Virus record (IMG/VR): IMGVR_UViG_3300025679_000005
Direction: 5' to 3' (one strand)
From: a virus
Lineage: Duplodnaviria > Caudoviricetes
DNA length: 64,000 nt
Part shown: piece after piece, positions 19,994-29,772 of the stretch
Layout of the letters: every line of letters starts with the position of its first letter
Numbering within the stretch: the stretch's first letter is position 1
Program-made: the position numbers and the translations under genes
The notes under the pieces: generated by a model
Told to the model about the DNA's origin: nothing
The model's input: only the letters and a program-made list of their open reading frames with translations
Database searches by the model: none

Positions 19994-20052
19994 AAGTATA
20001 TTACTAATTAGGTATACCCTTGTCAAGGGGCTCCTTCGTAAGTAATATACTT
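19994..20052. promoter_or_regulatory. Operator-like inverted repeat in a divergent promoter
   Basis: AAGTATATTACT / AGTAATATACTT 12-bp perfect IR with central palindrome CCCTTG-T-CAAGGG. Confidence 0.6.
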
Positions 20053-20055
20053 GAG

Positions 20056-20325
20056 ATGCAACTTACGAAGATCGCCCTCTGGGGGCACTACTGCACTCGC
20101 TGTGGGCATCGGTGGGTTCCACGCGGGCTCAAGCCGCCGTTGAAGTTGAACCCGCCCTTGGCGCCAGAGGACCCGGGTGAGATGCCAGACAGCGTGATCG
20201 AGCAGGCAACTGTCTGCCCACGCTGTAAGTCGCCCTACTGGGCCACCAAGCGGCGTGATGAAGCGGCCCGGGTCGGGGCTCCGGTGAAGAAGCCCCGACC
20301 CAAACCTCGTGTCGGTCAGAGATGA
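20056..20325 (+). CDS. Zn-ribbon protein
   Basis: CTRCGHRWVPR...CPRCKSPYW; divergent from the transposase. Confidence 0.7.
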   Translation: MQLTKIALWGHYCTRCGHRWVPRGLKPPLKLNPPLAPEDPGEMPDSVIEQATVCPRCKSPYWATKRRDEAARVGAPVKKPRPKPRVGQR

Positions 20326-20595
20326 GGCGCTACTACGACTGTCCAGTACCAGCGGAACTCGCTGGCCTGAGGGCATACGTACGCCTCTCGCAGATACATA
20401 TGCATCGCGAAATCGTCCTTTCCTCGGGGAAATGGACTTGCGCGAGCCCCTCCGGTGTATGAAACTGTCGAAACGGTAAGGCTTCGACTGGCTTCGACAC
20501 CGCGTGCCGGTTCGAGGTCGCTCAAGTCCGGTTGAAAAACCGGCACTCGCCCCGCTGGTGTTGCAAGCACTTGCGGGGTTTAGTGTTTTGTGGGG

Positions 20596-21027
20596 TTAGA
20601 CCGCCTCCCATTTGCCAGAGTCGACCCTTCGTACACGCCCCGTTCGCTTCAGGTAGTCGAGGAGGCTTGCCAAGGAACCCTTGTCAGCGTCGCGGTACAG
20701 TTTTTCGGCCAGCCAGTCGAGATCTGCCCGAGGGCGTTCCTGAAGCAACATCACGAGTCGGCCGCCTTGTCCTCGCTCGCCCTTCTCTAGGGGCGGGAGA
20801 TCTGAAGCCTTCGGTGCTTTCTCTGGGGCTGGCTTCAGGTCAGGTTCGTCAGCCGCCTTGCTCGCGATCTCTTCGAGGTCTTCGAGAAGCTGGGCTCGAC
20901 GCTTTTCCAATTCGGCCTTTTTCGAGGCATAGCTCTGCTCAACGGCAACCGCTTCCTTTTTGACTTCAGCGAGTTGTTCGTGAACCAGCTTCAAATGCTG
21001 GTTGAGGGTCAGGGGTGCTCTAGCCAC
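20596..21027 (-). CDS. Coiled-coil protein with a possible C-terminal winged helix
   Basis: Heptad-like N-terminus; ends SLLDYLKRTGRVRRVDSGKWEA. Confidence 0.55.
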   Translation of the reverse strand: MARAPLTLNQHLKLVHEQLAEVKKEAVAVEQSYASKKAELEKRRAQLLEDLEEIASKAADEPDLKPAPEKAPKASDLPPLEKGERGQGGRLVMLLQERPRADLDWLAEKLYRDADKGSLASLLDYLKRTGRVRRVDSGKWEAV

Positions 21028-21083
21028 ACTCGGAACTTATCAGAGATCTCGGAGCCGACAAGTCTGAAAAGTCAGAATTCTCG

Positions 21084-21353
21084 TTAAGACTTCCGAGGTC
21101 GTCCTTGCTTCACCTGGAGGGCCTCGCCACGGGCATCCTCGAACAGCTCCTTGATGTTCACGCGCAGCGCTGTCGCGAACTTCTCCAAGGTGTCGAGCCC
21201 CAGGTTTTCGAGCCCGCGTTCGACCTTGCTGATGTAGCGCCAGCCCAGATCGAGTTCTTCGGCCAGTTCTTCCTGGGTTCTCCCTGCTTTACGCCGAAGT
21301 TCAGCGATTCGACGGCCAACCCGTAGATAGATTGGCTTCGGGATATCCGCCAT
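21084..21353 (-). CDS. XRE-family HTH transcriptional regulator
   Basis: IAELRRKAGRTQEELAEELDLGWRYISKVERGLENLGLDTLEKFATAL. Confidence 0.9.
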   Translation of the reverse strand: MADIPKPIYLRVGRRIAELRRKAGRTQEELAEELDLGWRYISKVERGLENLGLDTLEKFATALRVNIKELFEDARGEALQVKQGRPRKS

Positions 21354-21453
21354 GGACGATGACGGTGGCGGCCAATCAATGTCCTAAACACACCTCTTTG
21401 AGGTAGACTTTGTCCCGGCTCGGACGGAAGCTGCCAGGCTCAAGGAGGCTTGG

Positions 21454-21861
21454 ATGAGGCTGTATTTCTCGGTGTTGATGTTGTTCGTGTTGACGTTAGC
21501 GACGTTGGTGACGGGGTGTCACAGGGGCGGGCCCTCAGATGCGGAGGTCTCTGCCCTTGTCATGCCGATCGCCGGACAAGTGGTTGGAGGATCTGGGACG
21601 ACCCTCAAGGACGCTGTTCAGTGCTCTGGGGAGGAGCAAACCATCTCTAAAGTCGAGGTCGCCCTTCGAGGGGAGAAGAACGAGCAGGATGGCTACTGGC
21701 CGGTCCAAGTCAGTATTGCCGGTACGTGCCGCGAATTCATGAACTGCGTCGGCAGGACGAGCTGCGTGCCCGGCATCGTCCCGTTCAAGACCAATCCCGT
21801 CTCTTTCAAGTTTCACAAAAACGACTTCGGCAAATGGGCTGCCGAGCCTTCGGAGAATTGA
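21454..21861 (+). CDS. Lipoprotein
   Basis: Signal peptide ending LVTGC. Confidence 0.7.
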   Translation: MRLYFSVLMLFVLTLATLVTGCHRGGPSDAEVSALVMPIAGQVVGGSGTTLKDAVQCSGEEQTISKVEVALRGEKNEQDGYWPVQVSIAGTCREFMNCVGRTSCVPGIVPFKTNPVSFKFHKNDFGKWAAEPSEN

Positions 21862-21976
21862 AGGATGTGACCCTCAGAGACGTTCCGTACGGTGACGTTC
21901 CGACCCTGTGATTGAGCACGATCGGGTTGTTCTCGTACTCTTGACGCCTAGCCAGGGACCGGCCGAACGTGACCCT

Positions 21977-22240
21977 ATGGCTGCCTACCTGATCACGTAC
22001 GACCTGAAAGATCGGAAGTACGAAAAGGCTCTGCTCGACTACGTGAGGGAAACCGAGGGCGCCGAAATGGTGACGGAATCCTCCTACGTGGCCATCACGA
22101 ACGACACCGCAGATCAAATTAAGGTGGCCATCAGGCAAATCACGAACGACCAGGCGCACGTCTACGTTTTCCCGGTGACGAGCTGCGTTGGGTACGGCAA
22201 AGAGTCGGTCAACGATTGGCTGACGAAGAACGGTCTGTAG
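21977..22240 (+). CDS. Small Cas2/VapD-like ferredoxin-fold protein
   Basis: Begins MAAYLITYDL with a beta-alpha-beta pattern; no cas1 or array nearby. Confidence 0.5.
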   Translation: MAAYLITYDLKDRKYEKALLDYVRETEGAEMVTESSYVAITNDTADQIKVAIRQITNDQAHVYVFPVTSCVGYGKESVNDWLTKNGL

Positions 22241-23160
22241 TCGTGATGGGGGTCTTCTCGACCGAAGGCTCGTCGCTCGTATCAAAGTGCGCTTGCTGAC
22301 CTCCGTAAACCGGAAGTGCGCTGGCATCGATTTCCACGGCGCCGTTCCGAACGCGGACGACAAGGCCGTGGGCGTGTTCGAGCCCGATGAACGTGATCGC
22401 TAGGTTTGGCATCGCCGGATCTACACCGCCGGAGCACGGCAGCATCGGACAGCTCGATCACAGATGTGCCGTCTCGCTCGTGGCACATCTTTCTTGGGCA
22501 GCTCGGAAGGGTTCTTGGGCAGAGGGCATTTCTAAGGCAAAGCCCTCAATCCCCAGGACCGAAAAGGCTCTCAGCCAAATCGCGTCCGTCCGCAAGGCAT
22601 ATCGAGGTGTTGTCACGGAACACCGTGTGCTGGCCAGGGCTACCGAAATCGGCCTTGAAATGCTAGCTAACTCTCCAAGCCTGCTAGTCCCCGCTGAAGA
22701 AAAGTAGCCATGGCTCGTCCCTGCCCCGAGACCCTCGACCAAGCCGTTCTCACTATTGAAGACGATGTCTACCGGGCAACTGCCATTGTCGACCTCCTTG
22801 AGACCGCCGGCCTCATCGACCCCGTAGGCCAGAACTGGCACAGCCTACGTGTGCGGATCGCTGAGTACGCCAGCTCAGAGCTGCGGAAATGCTGGATCGG
22901 TTCGAAATCGTAGGCAATGACCCCTTAAGCTGGCCAAGCCCCCGGCCGTAATCACTGTCCATGAAGAAGAAATCCACGTTCAAATCGACGATCACTGGCC
23001 AATTCCTGTTCGACAACAGCGGCGAAGGTATAAGGGACTTCCCCAGTAACTGGAAGGCCCTGTCAAAGGAAGCCAAAGACGACTGGAACCAGTTGGCAGC
23101 CACGACCTGCCAACAAGTCGCCGAGGACATCCTCAGAGTCTTCGAGTAAACTCACCCCAA

Positions 23161-23210
23161 GAAGGGCCCTCGAAGCATCCCCGGGAAGGATTCGAGGGCC
23201 CTTCTTCTTT
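23161..23210 (+). terminator. Intrinsic terminator
   Basis: GAAGGGCCCTCGAA/TTCGAGGGCCCTTC stem plus a T-rich tail. Confidence 0.8.
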
Positions 23211-23213
23211 CTC

Positions 23214-23249
23214 CCTTAACTTTCTCGAACCGGATCCGTTCTACTGATC
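23214..23249 (+). promoter_or_regulatory. Repeated promoter-like motif
   Basis: CCTTAACTTTCTCGAACCGGATCCGTTCTACTGATC then ATG 23250. Confidence 0.75.
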
Positions 23250-23483
23250 ATGTCCAACAAATACGTTGTCAGCTACGGATACGGCGAATCCAAAGAATTC
23301 TGGGACTTCAAGCCCGCTTCCGAATTCTACGCCAAGATCCTAGCCAATAACGTGCCTGGTATCACCGACATTACCGGCCCAGGCTATGACCCCGGTGACG
23401 AAGACGGCATGGGCAAAGACGACGGCCTGACTGAGGACCAACGGGACATCATCGAAGCCGTCAACATCGAGCTGGCGTCATGA
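23250..23483 (+). CDS. Small acidic hypothetical protein
   Basis: Starts at the motif. Confidence 0.7.
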   Translation: MSNKYVVSYGYGESKEFWDFKPASEFYAKILANNVPGITDITGPGYDPGDEDGMGKDDGLTEDQRDIIEAVNIELAS

Positions 23484-23644
23484 GCACTTGCAAAGGCTAC
23501 AGTGGGTTCGCATGCATGGAATGCGGCCACCGATTCAAAACCGTGTCCGGAGCCGAAAAAGCCTCCAGTAACGGCTGCCCCAAGTGCAACTCCTCCGACA
23601 TCGACCTCGAAGAGATCAAACCGGCCGGCCAGCCCAAGAAATGA
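23480..23644 (+). CDS. 54-aa Zn-ribbon protein (not in track)
   Basis: CMECGHRF...GCPKCNSSDI; ATGA overlap with the upstream gene. Confidence 0.65.
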   Translation: MSTCKGYSGFACMECGHRFKTVSGAEKASSNGCPKCNSSDIDLEEIKPAGQPKK

Positions 23645-23709
23645 AACGTCTGGCCCCACTAGACTCTGAGGAGATGCTCGAAGGCCTCACAAGAATCTAG
23701 GAAGAACCC

Positions 23710-23988
23710 ATGACCTACATCCCAACGATAGTGGAAGCTGAACACGTCTGCACTGAACATTGTGCCCACGAGCTGGAAGAACAGGTGAATTCGCTGCTGG
23801 CAGCCGCGAACCTACGGGCAGAGTCATTGTGGAAATTGCTCGATGATATCGACACCTTAGGTGACTCGATGAAGCCCGAGCTAACGCCCTACTTCCACGC
23901 CGTCGAGCGCATCCACAAGAAACGCCACACCATCTTGAAGTCGGACGGCTACGGACTGTTCACGGCCGTGATTGCCAAAGCCCCTTAA
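23710..23988 (+). CDS. Hypothetical protein
   Basis: GGAAG upstream; stop overlaps the next motif. Confidence 0.6.
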   Translation: MTYIPTIVEAEHVCTEHCAHELEEQVNSLLAAANLRAESLWKLLDDIDTLGDSMKPELTPYFHAVERIHKKRHTILKSDGYGLFTAVIAKAP

Positions 23989-24018
23989 CTTCCTCGAAGC
24001 GGGTCCGTTCTACTGATC
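23983..24018 (+). promoter_or_regulatory. Repeated promoter-like motif
   Basis: CCTTAACTTCCTCGAAGCGGGTCCGTTCTACTGATC then ATG 24019. Confidence 0.75.
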
Positions 24019-24246
24019 ATGAACACACCCAAAGCAATCTACCACGTGGTCCCGCTAAGTCGTGCGGATCAGCAAGACACCCTCATCTACAACACTCAAG
24101 GCGGCTTCGCTTGGGTCTCCCTCGCTTCCGGACAATCCTCCTGGTCAACCGAGAACCCTACCGCCGTCGGCGCTGAACTAGAGGCTCGTACGGCCGGCCT
24201 GGATCCGCAAGCTATTGCCTACATCAACCCCAAGAGTGCGTCATGA
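24019..24246 (+). CDS. Hypothetical protein
   Basis: Starts at the motif. Confidence 0.7.
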   Translation: MNTPKAIYHVVPLSRADQQDTLIYNTQGGFAWVSLASGQSSWSTENPTAVGAELEARTAGLDPQAIAYINPKSAS

Positions 24247-24524
24247 AATTCGAAATAGGCCAGAAGGTGTTCACTGATTACAGCCTCAACCGAAGAGGCC
24301 CCGCCACTCTAGTCCCACGCTACGTGATCAAGGTCGTCTACCGCAGCCTCAACGTCCTGGGAGGCGGCAGATCTAAGGTGGTCCGAACGATCGAGATCGG
24401 CGTCCTATACGAAATGTCAACCCTCGATTGGGACACGTTCCCCGACCTAACCACCTGGTGGGCCTCATTGAAACTGGGCGAACTCGACCAAAGATTCGAG
24501 AAGGCCTTCGGAAGCAGATCATGA
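24243..24524 (+). CDS. Hypothetical protein
   Basis: ATGA overlap. Confidence 0.6.
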   Translation: MKFEIGQKVFTDYSLNRRGPATLVPRYVIKVVYRSLNVLGGGRSKVVRTIEIGVLYEMSTLDWDTFPDLTTWWASLKLGELDQRFEKAFGSRS

Positions 24525-24860
24525 CCACTACAACCGTTCAGTACAACAGCTCCGGCTCGTTCATTGAAGTCGTCGGCCACAAGTTCTTCCACCGTGACTT
24601 GATCCCAGGCTACTAGGTCGAAGTCGACTGGTGGCAAGGCCTAGACCGATGCTTCTACGCCAACATCGAGGCGCCTGGGGATACCTGGAGCGGCGTCGTC
24701 TGCGTTGATGTGAAGGCCTCAGACGGGTGAGTGACCAAGTGGCCTAGCCCCTGACATCATGGGTGGCCTTGTTCACGAGTCATTGACTAGGCCACCCATT
24801 GTCACGTGATACTCCACGATCCGCGACCTGCGACCTTCCTGACCGGTGTAGATCCTGGCT

Positions 24861-25409
24861 ATGCAGATCCCGAAGTCAGTCAGTGTTGTGCTCCCCAAGA
24901 CCTTAGAGGACCTCTTACGTGGAGCCAAGACAAAGGATGGCAGGGCCTCCCTGTCCAAGCTTCTAGGTGAGGCAGCCGTTCGTGGATTCATGGAGATGGG
25001 AATCGAGCCAATGGCTGACCCAGACGCTCCAAAGAAGGCGCCCCTGGACGATCTCACCCAGAAGATGGGCGATGCCCTATTAGCGGCCAAGCCCGAGGCC
25101 CTGGCAAAAATACAGGCTGAGACCGAAGCCGCTATTGTAGTGGCCAGAGAGTCCAAGCTGCCTCCAGGCTACAAAGCAACGAATCATGGCGTAAACCCTG
25201 AGGTGAGGACCGAGGTCAAGGAACCGTTACTAACGACCAGAAAAGTGACTGTAGGTCAAGGAACCGTTACTAAAGACCAGAAAAGTGACTGTAGAGACCA
25301 GATCCTCGAAGAAGGGCCGCTCTTCACTGAGGAGCCGGAGGATGACGACCCAATGGCTTCCCTGTTCCGTGACGCCGAAAAAGCCGATTTCGGGCTGGAA
25401 GACGACTGA
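24861..25409 (+). CDS. Possible ribbon-helix-helix DNA-binding protein with acidic tail
   Basis: N-terminal SVSVVLPKTLEDLL...SLSKLLGEAA pattern; GGTGTA motif 10 nt upstream. Confidence 0.5.
   Translation: MQIPKSVSVVLPKTLEDLLRGAKTKDGRASLSKLLGEAAVRGFMEMGIEPMADPDAPKKAPLDDLTQKMGDALLAAKPEALAKIQAETEAAIVVARESKLPPGYKATNHGVNPEVRTEVKEPLLTTRKVTVGQGTVTKDQKSDCRDQILEEGPLFTEEPEDDDPMASLFRDAEKADFGLEDD
25214..25293 (+). repeat. 40-bp tandem duplication (one mismatch)
   Basis: GGTCAAGGAACCGTTACTAA(C/A)GACCAGAAAAGTGACTGTA x2. Confidence 0.9.
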
Positions 25410-25490
25410 AATCGGACTAGAATGCAGGGGTAAGCAGGACATGTAAACGCCGTGCAATCTCGTGCGGAGCCACAGTGATCCTGCTTACTC

Positions 25491-26669
25491 CTAGACTAAC
25501 GGATCGTCTAGTCGCTCGATCCAACTAGGCCATGAACTAGGAGGCCGCTTCTCCTCAGCCTGTGCTACCCAGGCAACAGGCTCAGTCCCCGGGACTGTAG
25601 CCACTGCCAAAGTCACGTTTACGTTGACATTGTCAGCGACAATGGATTCAAAACCCGGCTCGTGGTTCAAGATCGCCAGGACCAAAGCCCGCTGTATCGG
25701 CGGAATCGCTAGGCGGGCCAGGTACTCGACGACAATCGCTGACCTGAAAGGAACCTGAGGGAACAGCCCACCCAGAGTATGGTCAGGTTCTGGCTCGGGA
25801 GCCGCCTCAGCTTGAGGAGGCGGAATATACTCAATGAGTTCAGCATCATAGGCGGATCCTTGGGCAAGGACCACTTGGCCGCCATCCACTTGGTCTAGGT
25901 AGAGCGCCTGCCTAGCAAGGAGCGTCATTCCCGTGTCCGTCTGGGGAGTGACCTCAGCGTAGCCCATTTCAAGGTACTGCTGAACACGCCTCACGGGAAC
26001 GTCGTGGAGTCTCCCATTGGCGAGAATACGCACGGCATTGACTCCAGGCCGGACAGCCATCATCGCCCCCAAACTAGTGGTTACTGGGACCGTCCGATTC
26101 GCTGGGAACTGAGGATCGTCAATGGCCGGAGTCGGAGTCACCCAGTAATCCCTGCCCGCACGAATGGAACACCTGGCGTAGATGGCGGTGGTTGTAACGT
26201 TCATGTCAAAATCAAGAGTAGCCCGTAGGCAAACCCTGGAGGTAGCTCCATGGCCGTTGTCTACCCGCTCATGGGTAATAACTCGAAGGGCTCCGCCGTC
26301 AATGGCCTGCTCAAGGACAGCACGGACAACATGGAAAATAGCAGGGGTTTCTATCCGAAAGAGCGCACCCTCAGGCAATGCCAATGTCAGCTCAGGAACG
26401 TAGACGTAGGCTCGGAGCCAGAAAACCCCCCGGGCAGGGAATACATGCTCTCGCCCCATAACATCCACCAAGCGGGTATCGAAAGACCCCACTTGGCAGT
26501 AAATGTCAGAATCTGACCTGAATCCGGTCCTGAACCCGAAGTTGAGTCCGGGAGCAGCCTCCAACGCCGATCGAGCGATGTAGCCGATGTTGTTAGTGAC
26601 AGGGGTAATGTTAGACGTAAGCACCAGTAGGTGAGTGTAGGTACTCGAAGTTGCGAGTTCGTAAGGCAT
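25491..26669 (-). CDS. C-terminal-tag protein (PSWIERLDDPLV)
   Basis: 392-aa ORF with the subterminal helix IPPIQRALVLAIL. Confidence 0.8.
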   Translation of the reverse strand: MPYELATSSTYTHLLVLTSNITPVTNNIGYIARSALEAAPGLNFGFRTGFRSDSDIYCQVGSFDTRLVDVMGREHVFPARGVFWLRAYVYVPELTLALPEGALFRIETPAIFHVVRAVLEQAIDGGALRVITHERVDNGHGATSRVCLRATLDFDMNVTTTAIYARCSIRAGRDYWVTPTPAIDDPQFPANRTVPVTTSLGAMMAVRPGVNAVRILANGRLHDVPVRRVQQYLEMGYAEVTPQTDTGMTLLARQALYLDQVDGGQVVLAQGSAYDAELIEYIPPPQAEAAPEPEPDHTLGGLFPQVPFRSAIVVEYLARLAIPPIQRALVLAILNHEPGFESIVADNVNVNVTLAVATVPGTEPVAWVAQAEEKRPPSSWPSWIERLDDPLV

Positions 26670-26672
26670 GAC

Positions 26673-27302
26673 CTAAACCAGTGGATCCCCTAGACGTTCA
26701 CCCCAACTGAGCCCGATCGCCTCTGATTCTTCGGGAATAATCACCTTGGCCTTGAACCCGGACCCATCGGGGACCACCTCAAGGCAGATGGGCGATCCCA
26801 AAATCTTCGAGTTTATCAGCAATGACTGAAGCTGAATGGCCCCGCCCATGTACAGAGCCAAGGCATTCCCGAGTTCGTGTTGCCGCCTAGGGCTCTCTAG
26901 GTCTGCCCCGATAACGTCAGCCGCAACTGGATATGCCCAATAGATCTCGCCACTGAGCAAACGAACGATACTGAGCAAACGAACGGTCCTCGTTGAAGAG
27001 GCAACGGTCAGGGACACCCCAGAAACCACCCGCAATTGCAGTAGCGCAGGGTCAACATTCATCCGCTCCAATTCCCCACGTCGTTGAGCTTGCTCAACTT
27101 CGGATCGGTACACGTAGTGGCTCTCCGTACCATCACCACCTAGACGAATCCGAAGAAGCTGTGGAGGATCAGGGACAGTACGAGCGGAACCAAAAGGTGG
27201 ATCGTCCAATCGCTCAGACACTATCCGGAAGTGTGTGTAGTCATCCGCCGAAGGAATGTACGGCCTAGGCACCCTCAAGCTCCTTAGCCAATGCCAAGGC
27301 AA
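26673..27302 (-). CDS. C-terminal-tag protein (LSWGERLGDPLV)
   Basis: 209-aa ORF, 3 nt from the next tag gene. Confidence 0.75.
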   Translation of the reverse strand: MPWHWLRSLRVPRPYIPSADDYTHFRIVSERLDDPPFGSARTVPDPPQLLRIRLGGDGTESHYVYRSEVEQAQRRGELERMNVDPALLQLRVVSGVSLTVASSTRTVRLLSIVRLLSGEIYWAYPVAADVIGADLESPRRQHELGNALALYMGGAIQLQSLLINSKILGSPICLEVVPDGSGFKAKVIIPEESEAIGLSWGERLGDPLV

Positions 27303-27591
27303 TCACCTCTAGAACCTGGGAATGATGCGCTACGTCATTGAACCCAGCCAAAGAAAACCCGGCTGATTCCGGTAGAGCCTTTCGAAGGGATTCACGCAGA
27401 TGATGACACCGAAGACTGTCAATGCCCTCCGTAACCGAGATCACCCCTCCAATAAGACAGTAGCAAACCGCCCTAGGGTCCTGAGGTTCTACGCTCCTCC
27501 CTGAAGCGTCCCGGGCATACACCCCGGTAGTGCGCCGACTAGGCTCCGAAAACAGCTCTGAGAGCGCCCTGAGGTCAGCAACAAGGCTCAT
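27265..27591 (-). CDS. Paralog family A (DUF6197-like) protein
   Basis: TGVYARD, CYCLIGGV, FNDVAHHSQVL. Confidence 0.7.
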   Translation of the reverse strand: MSLVADLRALSELFSEPSRRTTGVYARDASGRSVEPQDPRAVCYCLIGGVISVTEGIDSLRCHHLRESLRKALPESAGFSLAGFNDVAHHSQVLEVIALALAKELEGA

Positions 27592-28692
27592 ACCGGATCC
27601 CCCGAGGCCCTGGCCGATGTCGTTGTCATCGCAAAGCCTTTCCTCACTGACCTTGCCCGAAAGCCAATGCCCGCACCGGACTTCACCTGAACACAGATGG
27701 TCCGCTTCCCAGGCCGGACAATGCGTACTCGCTCCCAGTAAGTGAACGTCTTTCGGTATCTGACTTTGGTCATCGTCTTGCCCATTTCTTAACCTTTCGA
27801 CCCAATCCAGTCTCGTACTGACTCAACATCGGGCCATGCCCGAGAGGACACTTCACGGAGCCTCCCTGAGGTGATCCGGCCTTACCCTGCGGCATCTCCC
27901 GTCGGGCAGTCCAATGACACTGTACACAAACGAAGGTGATCTTCACGTCAATACCCCGAACTCGTGTCCGGGACTATCCCCGGGTCAATGTCCCCAGAGG
28001 GAGCGCAGCTATAGGACCTACAATTGGTCGGCACAGGACTCAATATCCAGGCTGTGGCCAAGAGCCCAACCAGGAAGACAAAGCCCAAAGCCAGAAGCCC
28101 CACCTCAGGGAATAAACGGGAACGGGATGTCATGGCTGTCGATACGGCCGGCTCCCAGCCGTCCTTAAGGGGAAGCCCCCGTACAAACAAGCCGCTCCAC
28201 CAACGTCACCGGCCGTGTGCTTCGGACGCTCTTAACCGAAGGTCGTACTATCATCGTCATCTCAAAGTCCATCCCCCCTCCTCTACACCGAGGTCAGACA
28301 TCGTCTACGTCCCCCCAGGCAAGCACAGGCACAACCTCATGTGCGCTATTGGATGCTGTCGCATACCTCCAAGCCCTAGAAAAGGACATCGGGGGATAAC
28401 CCATCACCTGATGGCGCTGCCAGTAGTAATACCAAAAGCTCCCCAACCACCACCCACAGCCCCGGGAACGGCAATGCCTTGTCCATGCCGACGATTTCTG
28501 TGAGTATGTCATTGAGTATTGTCAGCAGCCCAAAACCCCCTCCACCGGCTCGCGAAGCATGCCAGGGAGAGGTCTATGATCCCCCCAGCTCACAATCCCG
28601 ATTACGGTACGAGATCTAGTCCCCCAAAAACGTCAGTAATAATCCCCATTTACATGAAGCTATGGAAAACAGTCCATATTCCGAGCAAAATT

Positions 28693-28718
28693 AAGGTGGG
28701 TCGGGAGCGACCCACCTT
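28693..28718 (-). terminator. Hairpin / terminator
   Basis: AAGGTGGGTCG-GGAG-CGACCCACCTT 11-bp stem, then AATTTT on the minus strand. Confidence 0.65.
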
Positions 28719-28725
28719 GGCGGGC

Positions 28726-29112
28726 TCAGGGTCTCGGCTTCGCCTCGATGTTGGATGAGCCCCGCCCTGTGGTTGCTCCCTGATCTTTGAAAGCTCTGCG
28801 GCTGTTCTTGTAGAATCGGCCCAAGAGCGGCTGAGGGTTCACGCCCAGGGTTTCGAGGACGGTGGTCATGACAGCGAGGTCGAGACCTCGTGGAGAGTTC
28901 GCAGTGGACTCGACCTTGAGGATGGGTTGACGTTCACTGTCAATGGTGATGTAGATCCCGGCTAAGAGTGGGTCGTTGTTGCCGACCCAGAGGTCTACCA
29001 CGCCGGAATCGAGGTGAGTCAGCATGTTGACGTTCACAGATCCGTCGAACATGTGGATCATGGGGTTGCTCTTATCGAGTGGATTCGAGGTCTTTTTGAT
29101 TTTCCAGGGCAT
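28726..29112 (-). CDS. Hypothetical protein
   Basis: Likely start MPWKIKK within the track ORF. Confidence 0.55.
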   Translation of the reverse strand: MPWKIKKTSNPLDKSNPMIHMFDGSVNVNMLTHLDSGVVDLWVGNNDPLLAGIYITIDSERQPILKVESTANSPRGLDLAVMTTVLETLGVNPQPLLGRFYKNSRRAFKDQGATTGRGSSNIEAKPRP

Positions 29113-29114
29113 GG

Positions 29115-29297
29115 TCAGTGAGTATTCCGTTGAGCGGGTTGGTTCCGACTCCGGTGGTGATCGAGGGCCATGAGGCCTAGCGAGGCTACTAGTGGAATGA
29201 GCCAGTAACTGGCGATCACATGATACACGAAGGCTAGGGTTCCCATAGCCCCCAGGAAGAAGAGGATGAGCCAGCCTAGGATTGTTGGACGCTTCAT
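29115..29297 (-). CDS. Small membrane protein
   Basis: Two hydrophobic segments; promoter variant upstream. Confidence 0.6.
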   Translation of the reverse strand: MKRPTILGWLILFFLGAMGTLAFVYHVIASYWLIPLVASLGLMALDHHRSRNQPAQRNTH

Positions 29298-29370
29298 GCT
29301 CAGGGTATACGGCCAACGGCCTTGGGAGATAAGGGGGAGAGGCCCTGTCTACTGTGGGATGTATGCCACA

Positions 29371-29393
29371 GTCTCAGCGTACTGAGCAATCAA
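29371..29393 (-). repeat. 23-bp leader repeat, copy 1
   Basis: TTGATTGCTCAGTACGCTGAGAC, identical at 58344-58366 (-) and 63420-63442 (+). Confidence 0.9.
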
Positions 29394-29423
29394 AAGGCTT
29401 TGCAGCCAAGGCGTTCCAGAAGG

Positions 29424-29459
29424 GCTTAACTTTCCCTAGGCGGATCCGTTCTACTGGGT
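29424..29459 (+). promoter_or_regulatory. Repeated promoter-like motif (antisense to 29466..29741)
   Basis: GCTTAACTTTCCCTAGGCGGATCCGTTCTACTGGGT then ATG 29460. Confidence 0.7.
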
Positions 29460-29465
29460 ATGTTC

Positions 29466-29741
29466 CTACCTCTTGGCGGAGTACTGAGTCCAGGCTCTCT
29501 CGATCCCGTAGATGACGATTGTGGCGAAGCCATAGGCGATGGCGGTCACAACGAAGGCTCCTAGGAGTGCTCCTGGGATATGGGCTCCCTCATGGATGTA
29601 ACGGATGAACACCACGGTGAGGACGATCGTTTGAAACGAGATGTTCCACTTGGTGGTGGCGTGCTCTCGGAGGTATTCGAGGAAGGACATCAGGTCCTTT
29701 ACACCGATTTTTGGACGAGGGATCCCGTCCCCGTGGGTCAA
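29466..29741 (-). CDS. Two-TM membrane protein
   Basis: Hydrophobic segments; downstream of the minus-strand motif. Confidence 0.6.
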   Translation of the reverse strand: MTHGDGIPRPKIGVKDLMSFLEYLREHATTKWNISFQTIVLTVVFIRYIHEGAHIPGALLGAFVVTAIAYGFATIVIYGIERAWTQYSAKR

Positions 29742-29772
29742 AAAGGCGTCGCCGATCGGCCCGTGCCCTGTT

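Noticed and set aside
21977-22240. CRISPR-Cas locus suggested by the Cas2-like ORF
   Set aside because: No cas1 or other cas genes and no repeat-spacer array found in the window.
25491-25510. The C-terminal tag as a by-product of the promoter DNA motif (GAT CCG TTA = DPL resembles GATCCGTT)
   Set aside because: There is no TTAAC at the required distance here, and other carriers use different synonymous codons (GAC CCT, GAT CCA, GAG CCG).
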